From: Trichlorobacter lovleyi SZ
GTDB taxonomy: Bacteria > Desulfobacterota > Desulfuromonadia > Geobacterales > Pseudopelobacteraceae
Direction: 5' to 3'
DNA: 32,000 bases
Assembly (NCBI RefSeq): GCF_000020385.1
Contig: NC_010814.1
Location: 2,040,001 to 2,072,000 of the forward strand
Position 1 is the first letter of the stretch; every line of letters starts with the position of its first letter. The notes under the pieces were generated by a model. It worked only from the letters and a program-made list of their open reading frames with translations. It made no database searches and had not been told where the DNA came from. This document shows, one piece after another, positions 26,629 to 32,000 of the stretch. A program made the translations under genes and the position numbers.

Positions 26629-27699
26629 TTATTGCGGTACAAACGTTCCACGGTCGGTAATCATCTTCAGCGTCGCCACAATCAGCTTGGCCGCCTGCTC
26701 CAGATCTCCCAATGAAACCACCTCTACCGGTGTATGCATATAGCGTAACGGTAGTTTTACCAAGGCAGTAGCTACCCCGCCCCGGGAAATCTGCATTACA
26801 TTGGCATCGGTGCCGGTTGCACGGGGATTGGCGGTTAATTGTACGGCGATCTTGTCCTTCTGGGCTGTGGCGTACAGCAATTCAAACAGGGCATGGTTGA
26901 TATTGGCTCCGCGGGTCAGGATCGGACCTTTACCCAAGGCCACCTCACCATTGTGTTTCCGCTCAACATCAGGCTGGTCTGTGGCAAAATCCACTTCAAC
27001 GCAGATGCCGATATCCGGGTTGATGGTATAACAGCTGGTGGTGCCGCCACGTAGGCCGATCTCTTCCTGTACCGATGACACGCCGTACAAATCAACCGGC
27101 AGCTTTTTCTTTTCTGCAGCCACCAGGCGCAACACTTCTGCCACCACAAAGGAACCGGCCTTGTCATCAAAGCCACGGGATGCAACCCGGTCGCCCTGCA
27201 AGTGGGTAAAGCCGCTCTCAAAGGTGATGCAATCCCCTACCCGCACCAGTTTTTGGGCCTCTTTCTTGTCTTTTGCCCCGATATCAATGTACTGGGCCTC
27301 CAGCTTGACCACGGTTTCGCGATCTTTGGTATCCATCAAGTGAATCGGGCGCTTGCCGACAACACCGGGAAGTGGGCCGTCTGTCGTATGGATATGGACA
27401 ACCTTGCCCGGTGTTAAATGTGCATCAACCCCGCCAATGGCGGCAAAATAGAGAAACCCCTTGTCATCGATGTATTTGACCTGCAGGCCGATTTCATCGG
27501 AATGCCCCACCAGCATCACCTTGGGACAATCCTTGCCCTGACCTGCAATAAAGCCGTAGACATTACCCAGTACATCACTGCTGACCTGACAGTAGGGAGC
27601 AACGTAGTCACGAAACAGTCGCTGGGCGGGCTGTTCATAGCCAGAGGGGCTGGGGGCGGCCAGCAGCTTTTCCAGAAAAACCAGTGATTCCTTGCGCAT
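26629..27699 (-). CDS. M42 family metallo-aminopeptidase (YsdC/FrvX/PepA-like)
   Basis: LLAAPSPSGYEQ, VGHSDEIG, GFDDKAG and VQEEIGLRGG are typical M42 metal-ligand motifs. ATG 27699 has AAGGAGAG upstream. Confidence 0.88.
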   Translation of the reverse strand: MRKESLVFLEKLLAAPSPSGYEQPAQRLFRDYVAPYCQVSSDVLGNVYGFIAGQGKDCPKVMLVGHSDEIGLQVKYIDDKGFLYFAAIGGVDAHLTPGKVVHIHTTDGPLPGVVGKRPIHLMDTKDRETVVKLEAQYIDIGAKDKKEAQKLVRVGDCITFESGFTHLQGDRVASRGFDDKAGSFVVAEVLRLVAAEKKKLPVDLYGVSSVQEEIGLRGGTTSCYTINPDIGICVEVDFATDQPDVERKHNGEVALGKGPILTRGANINHALFELLYATAQKDKIAVQLTANPRATGTDANVMQISRGGVATALVKLPLRYMHTPVEVVSLGDLEQAAKLIVATLKMITDRGTFVPQ

Positions 27700-28759
27700 T
27701 AAGACTCTCCTTGTAAATATCTGTGGTTATAATAGAACCTATACTCTTCTGCTGTAAGTTTTGCAGGCAAATCTGATCATGGTTCAGGCCGGGATCGGTC
27801 AGAATCCGGTCTACTGGCAGACCTGCCTGTTGCCAGCGTTGCAGGTTGCTTCGTGCATGCCCCTGCACTTCTGAAAGCCGGTCAGGGGGGCAGGCCAGCT
27901 GCAGCCCGTCAAAGGATTTGAAATGTTCTGCAAGCGTGAGAACCAGATCGTGATACAGCTGGGCCTTGACCAGCTGCCCCAGGGCCGGATGCCAGCACCC
28001 GGCCAGGATGGCGCCTTCTGCAGACAGTCCCTCCTCAGCCTGCAAGCCGATTCGTATAACCGGTATACCTGCCTGCAGGCAGAGATGCAACATCCGGGCA
28101 CAGTTTTTTACCCCCTGTGCAAGATCCGGCGGTTGATAGTGGCCTGCCCTGTACTGATCAGCCAGTGCGGTGCCTGAAAGCACCACCGCAGGATAGATGC
28201 GTACAAACTGTGCTCCAGCGGCTATGACACCCTGCACGCTGGCCAGTGCCTTTGCCCGGGTATCTCCGGGCAGGCCAGGTAATAACTGTGCCCCGACCTG
28301 AAACCCGGCAGACCTGACACGCTGAATTGCAGCCATACTGTCTGCGGCAGTATGCCCCCTGTTGCTCTGCAGCAGGACCAGATCATCGAGGGACTGCACC
28401 CCGACCTCAATGGTGGTTACCTTGTGGCCTGCAAGAAATGCCAGTACTGCTTCATCAAGCGCGTCAGGTCTGGTTGAAATCCTTATGTTTCTAATTTTCT
28501 GTTGTTCTAACAGTGGTTGAACAGCTTCAAGCAGTTGCTCCTGTTGTTTTCGGGGTAACAGGGTAAAGCTGCCACCGTAAAAAGCCACCTCAGCCGCTCT
28601 GTTAGGGGAGCGTCCCAGCCACTGCTGCACAGTTTCCGATATCTGACGGGCGGACGGCACACTTTGCTGTGCACCGGAGATCATGTGCTGGTTACAAAAG
28701 AGGCAGGTGTGCGGACAACCTGCGTGGGGGATAAAAAACGGGATAATCAGTGGACGCAT
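27635..28759 (-). CDS. Elp3-like radical SAM protein without an acetyltransferase domain, 374 aa
   Basis: MRPLIIPFFIPHAGCPHTCLFCNQ carries the CxxxCxxC cluster. FYGGSFT, IRISTRPD and TIEVGVQS are Elp3/HemN-like TIM-barrel motifs. ATG 28759 lies 10 nt after the rnc stop. The 3' end overlaps the M42 gene by 65 nt. Confidence 0.8.
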   Translation of the reverse strand: MRPLIIPFFIPHAGCPHTCLFCNQHMISGAQQSVPSARQISETVQQWLGRSPNRAAEVAFYGGSFTLLPRKQQEQLLEAVQPLLEQQKIRNIRISTRPDALDEAVLAFLAGHKVTTIEVGVQSLDDLVLLQSNRGHTAADSMAAIQRVRSAGFQVGAQLLPGLPGDTRAKALASVQGVIAAGAQFVRIYPAVVLSGTALADQYRAGHYQPPDLAQGVKNCARMLHLCLQAGIPVIRIGLQAEEGLSAEGAILAGCWHPALGQLVKAQLYHDLVLTLAEHFKSFDGLQLACPPDRLSEVQGHARSNLQRWQQAGLPVDRILTDPGLNHDQICLQNLQQKSIGSIITTDIYKESLNAQGITGFSGKAAGRPQPLWL

Positions 28760-28769
28760 GCTGCCGGGA

Positions 28770-29456
28770 TTAACTCCGCAAGCGGGCCAGAGCTGACTCT
28801 GCCGCCGACTGCTGGGCCGCCTTCTTGCTGCGCCCCTGCCCCTGCCCCAGCGGCATGCCGTCAACCGACACCTCTATGCAGAAAAGGCGATCATGATCAG
28901 GTCCCTGCTGATCAACCAGATTATAGACCGGAGCAGCTTGTTTCCGGGCTGCCAGTAGTTCCTGCAGTTCGCTTTTGGCGTCATGATGTGCTGGAGTACC
29001 AGCTGCTATGGCGTTTACCAGTGGAGCGTAGATATGCTTGACGACCTGCTGTACCGCAGCAAATCCGGCATCGCAGTGGATAGCGCCGAGCAGGGCCTCA
29101 AATACATCGGCAAGGATGGAGGGGTTGGTACGCCCCCCTTCCCGCTCGGCACCTTTTCCCATCAGGATCAGCGGAGGGATCCCGGCATCAACAGCAAGCC
29201 TGGCTAAACGGGGTTGATCAACCAATGAAGATCGCAAACGGGACAGGTCTCCTTCCGGCAGAGCGGGGAAGTGCTGACAGAGCAGGTCTGCCAGTAAAAA
29301 ACCCAATACAGCATCCCCCAGAAACTCGAGTCGCTGATAATCAGCAGCACCTTCCTGGCGGGCCTCATTCAGGTATGAAGGATGAGTCAGCGCCTGTTGC
29401 AACAGGCGCTGGTTGATGAAGCTGTGGCCCAGTATCAGTTTTGGGAAAGGTGACAT
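28770..29456 (-). CDS. rnc: Ribonuclease III
   Basis: LLQQALTHPSY...YQRLEFLGDAVLG is the RNase III signature. A C-terminal dsRBD is present (KSELQELL...GRSKKAAQQSAAESAL). ATG 29456 is preferred. The track start 29522 is a TTG. Confidence 0.93.
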   Translation of the reverse strand: MSPFPKLILGHSFINQRLLQQALTHPSYLNEARQEGAADYQRLEFLGDAVLGFLLADLLCQHFPALPEGDLSRLRSSLVDQPRLARLAVDAGIPPLILMGKGAEREGGRTNPSILADVFEALLGAIHCDAGFAAVQQVVKHIYAPLVNAIAAGTPAHHDAKSELQELLAARKQAAPVYNLVDQQGPDHDRLFCIEVSVDGMPLGQGQGRSKKAAQQSAAESALARLRS

Positions 29457-29515
29457 GCCAAGGAGTATACGGGATGCATCGGTTGGCTGCAAGTAGCTTT
29501 GATCGTTGATTTGCG

Positions 29516-29544
29516 TTGCCAAGCATAGGCTAGATGCCTATAAT
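29516..29544 (+). promoter_or_regulatory. Near-consensus sigma70 promoter for tmk-holB-ricT
   Basis: TTGCCA (29516-29521), a 17-nt spacer, then TATAAT (29539-29544). GGAGAG at 29558-29563 precedes ATG 29567. Confidence 0.6.
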
Positions 29545-29566
29545 GATCCACTTTCATGGAGAGCGT

Positions 29567-30205
29567 ATGTTTATTACCTTTGAAGGCATAGAAGGCTGCG
29601 GTAAGAGTACCCAGATTGCACTGCTTGCAGCATCCCTGCAGCAGGCTGGCCAGCGGGTGCTGCTCACCCGTGAACCGGGTGGGTGCCCCATAGCTGACCA
29701 GATTCGTAGTGTCTTGCTGGATGCCGCCAACACAGCCCTTGTGCCGATGGCGGAACTGATGCTCTATGCAGCCAGCCGGGCTCAACATCTGGCTGAGGTG
29801 GTCAGCCCGGCACTGGCTGAAGGTGTTATTGTGCTCTGTGACCGGTTTAGTGACGCCACCCGTGCCTATCAATCCTTTGGCCGCGGTATAGATCGTCAAG
29901 TCATTGAAACCTTGAATAGTCTGGCCTGCGATGGCATTTCCCCGGATCTGACGGTGTTGCTTGACTGTCCGGTTGAGACGGGCCTGGGGCGTGCCAGACA
30001 GAGGATTGACTCAACCAGCGGCCCACGGGAAGAACGGTTTGAGCTGGAATCACTGGCCTTTCATCAACGGGTACGGGACGGTTATCTACAGCTTGCAGCT
30101 GAAGAGCCGGGCCGCTTTGTGATTGTTGATGCCACTGTTCAGCCGGCGCAAGTTGCCTCGGCTATTTCCGATGCGGTTCTGTCCCGCCTTGCGGTGCCCG
30201 TCTAG
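29567..30205 (+). CDS. tmk: Thymidylate kinase
   Basis: MFITFEGIEGCGKSTQ (P-loop), TREPGG and DRF.DAT.AYQ. ATG 29567 is preferred over track start 29534. Confidence 0.93.
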   Translation: MFITFEGIEGCGKSTQIALLAASLQQAGQRVLLTREPGGCPIADQIRSVLLDAANTALVPMAELMLYAASRAQHLAEVVSPALAEGVIVLCDRFSDATRAYQSFGRGIDRQVIETLNSLACDGISPDLTVLLDCPVETGLGRARQRIDSTSGPREERFELESLAFHQRVRDGYLQLAAEEPGRFVIVDATVQPAQVASAISDAVLSRLAVPV

Positions 30206-31201
30206 ATGTCTCTTTCTGTAATCAAGGGACAGGACCGGGTACTTGATGCCTTAAAACGCTCCATTGCCGCTAACCGGGTGGCTCACGCCTATCTTTTTGA
30301 GGGGCCGGACGGCTGTGGACGACGCACAACCGCTCTGGCCCTGATGCAGGCGCTTTTCTGCAAGGAACCACTGGATGGTGGTGATGCCTGCGGAAACTGT
30401 TCATCCTGCCGCAAACTGGCTTCCGGCAACCACCCGGACCTGCATCTGCTTTCGCCCCTGCCGGACAAGCGTGATATCAGCATTGAGCAGATTCGGGAGC
30501 TGCAGCAACAGCTGTCTCTGCGTCCCTTTGAGGCAAAGCGCAAGGCATGCCTGATTGAACCGGCTGAGCGGATGAATGAAAAATCGGCCAATGCACTCTT
30601 AAAGACCCTTGAGGAGCCACCAGGTCATGCGATCATTGTTTTGCTGTCAACCCAGGCTGATCTACTGCTCTCAACCATCCGCTCCCGTTGTCAACACCTG
30701 CGCTTCAGCCCGCTGGATGACGGCGTTGTAGCAGATTTGTTGATTCAACAGGGGATGGACCCTGACAAGGCGCGGGAACTTGCACCGCTGGCAGAGGGAA
30801 GTATGGAGCGGGCCAGCACCCTGGAAGAGGAATCAGATGCCGTACGACGCCAGGAGTTACTGACTGTGCTGTCAAAGGCATCATCCAGACAGGTTGCCAC
30901 TATTTTTGATGCTGCTGAGTCTGTTGCCGGTGGACGCGAGGAAACGCTGTCAACCTTCAACCTGTTGCTGTCTCTGTTACGTGACCTGCTACTGATCCGT
31001 TCCTGCGGACAGATCGGTATAGCAAACGGTTTCCTTAACAATGAACTTACTGTAGAGGCCTCCCGCTTTACCCCTGCCGGCATGATGGAGGCCCTTGAGC
31101 GTTGTCTTGAAACCAGGCGCGCGATTCAGGGTAATGCCAACCCCAAGCTGGCACTGGAACGCTTCCTGCTGGCCTATGATCGTTTACGAAAAGGAGTCTG
31201 A
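30206..31201 (+). CDS. holB: DNA polymerase III delta-prime subunit
   Basis: HAYLFEGPDGCGRRT, zinc module CGNCSSCRKLASGNHPD, and SANALLKTLEEPP. The start abuts the tmk stop. Confidence 0.9.
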   Translation: MSLSVIKGQDRVLDALKRSIAANRVAHAYLFEGPDGCGRRTTALALMQALFCKEPLDGGDACGNCSSCRKLASGNHPDLHLLSPLPDKRDISIEQIRELQQQLSLRPFEAKRKACLIEPAERMNEKSANALLKTLEEPPGHAIIVLLSTQADLLLSTIRSRCQHLRFSPLDDGVVADLLIQQGMDPDKARELAPLAEGSMERASTLEEESDAVRRQELLTVLSKASSRQVATIFDAAESVAGGREETLSTFNLLLSLLRDLLLIRSCGQIGIANGFLNNELTVEASRFTPAGMMEALERCLETRRAIQGNANPKLALERFLLAYDRLRKGV

Positions 31202-31204
31202 TAC

Positions 31205-31999
31205 GTGATACGTGTTGTTTCCATACAGTTTAACCCGGCAGGCAAGATGTATGATTTTAATGCCGGTGCCCTTGATCTGAAGCCGGGAGACCGGGTAGTT
31301 GTTGAAACCGAGCGGGGCATCAGTCTCGGTACCATCGTCACCGGACCGCAAGAAAAAGACGAAACCGCTTTCAGCCATCCCTTGGCCCCCGTACAGCGTC
31401 TACTGGGGCCGGAAGATGAAAAAACCCTGGCCCATCACCAACGAAGAGAAAAAGAGGCCTATGACTTCTGCCTGCGCCGGATCAAGGAGCGGGGCATGGA
31501 TATGAAACTGGTCCGGGTTGAACATCTCTTTGATGGCAGCAAGGCGATTTTTTACTTTACCGCCGACGGCAGGGTCGATTTTCGAGAACTGGTCAAGGAT
31601 CTGGCCCATACCTTCCATACCAGGATCGAGATGCGCCAGATCGGGGTGCGGGATGAGGCCAAAATGGTCGGCGGTCTGGGGATCTGTGGACGCGAGCTGT
31701 GCTGCGCCTCGTTTCTGCGTGACTTCCAGCCGGTATCGGTCAAGATGGCCAAGGAGCAGAATCTGGCCCTGAATCCCTCCAAGATATCAGGCCAGTGCGG
31801 CAGACTACTCTGTTGTCTGGATTACGAATATGAGACCTACTGTGACCTGCGGAAAAATTTTCCCAAGTGCGGCAAACGTGCTCGGACGGCCCAGTACAAC
31901 GGCACGGTAGAAAAAATGAACCTCCTGACCGGAGAGTTGATCCTGCGCCTTGAAGACGGCAAGCAGGTCAGTGTCAAGGTCAAGGAACTGGTTGATGAG
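31205..31999 (+). CDS. ricT: PSP1 domain protein (YaaT/RicT-like), truncated at the 3' end by the window edge
   Basis: Not in the ORF track (GTG start, no stop in the window). Frame 2 from GTG 31205 reads (M)IRVVSIQFNPAGKMYDF...IFYFTADGRVDFRELVKDLAHTFHTRIEMRQIGVRDEAKMVGGLGICGRELCCASFL...KMAKEQNLALNPSKISGQCGRLLCCLDYE. From memory, this is almost collinear with B. subtilis YaaT. AAAGGAG lies 8 nt upstream. Confidence 0.88.
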   Translation, partial: MIRVVSIQFNPAGKMYDFNAGALDLKPGDRVVVETERGISLGTIVTGPQEKDETAFSHPLAPVQRLLGPEDEKTLAHHQRREKEAYDFCLRRIKERGMDMKLVRVEHLFDGSKAIFYFTADGRVDFRELVKDLAHTFHTRIEMRQIGVRDEAKMVGGLGICGRELCCASFLRDFQPVSVKMAKEQNLALNPSKISGQCGRLLCCLDYEYETYCDLRKNFPKCGKRARTAQYNGTVEKMNLLTGELILRLEDGKQVSVKVKELVDE

Positions 32000-32000
32000 A

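Noticed and set aside
27635-27699. The 65-nt overlap between the radical SAM gene and the M42 peptidase considered as evidence of a frameshifted pseudogene.
   Set aside because: Both ORFs are full length with intact family motifs, and the overlap affects only the poorly conserved radical SAM tail. I cannot tell from a single sequence whether this is a true overlap or a sequencing indel, so it is reported as a note inside a finding instead.
1-32000. A scan for CRISPR repeats, IS or transposase termini, long direct or inverted repeats, riboswitch-sized leaders and rRNA.
   Set aside because: Nothing was found. The largest non-coding gaps are only about 95-135 nt and are accounted for by promoters, terminators or tRNA spacers. 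The only exact repeat over 20 nt that I noticed by eye is the tRNA-Asp duplication.

Overview
This window is a dense, almost gap-free stretch of housekeeping chromosome with about 40 CDS and 4 tRNAs. Gene order and protein sequences suggest a Desulfuromonadales or Geobacter-like bacterium; that assignment is inference from memory, not a search. Every gene from 3464 to 29522 lies on the minus strand. In transcription order they are: rnc, an Elp3-like radical SAM gene and an M42 peptidase; yceD-rpmF-plsX-fabH-fabD-fabZ-fabG-acpP-fabF-rpiB; glyA; mutT and an EndoQ-like/UvrD fusion; tRNA-Leu; tig-clpP-clpX; hup; tRNA Asp-Val-Asp; a GT2 gene with a small membrane ORF; ftsE-ftsX-envC-ctpA-yibQ; and ihfA. 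The plus-strand edges carry the epmA 3' end, a ParA-like ATPase with greB, and tmk-holB-ricT(PSP1). xseA is the one minus-strand gene at the left edge. I saw no CRISPR array, IS element, integrase, prophage, toxin-antitoxin pair or obvious defence island. I cannot honestly point to a clear-cut new multi-gene system. Five items merit a second look. (1) A 1082-aa protein joins a full-length EndoQ-like PHP nuclease to a complete UvrD-type helicase and is translationally coupled to a MutT Nudix gene. (2) An orphan ParA/MinD ATPase carries an unrecognised C-terminal domain of about 200 aa with Cys/His motifs. It sits behind a symmetric divergent promoter that predicts leaderless mRNAs. (3) An Elp3-like radical SAM gene is wedged between rnc and an M42 peptidase. 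(4) A fabZ copy is embedded in the fab operon. (5) Several near-consensus promoters and terminators define the transcription units. The longest ORFs in the six-frame track that lie antisense to real genes are codon-bias artefacts, and several track ORFs have spurious N-terminal extensions.
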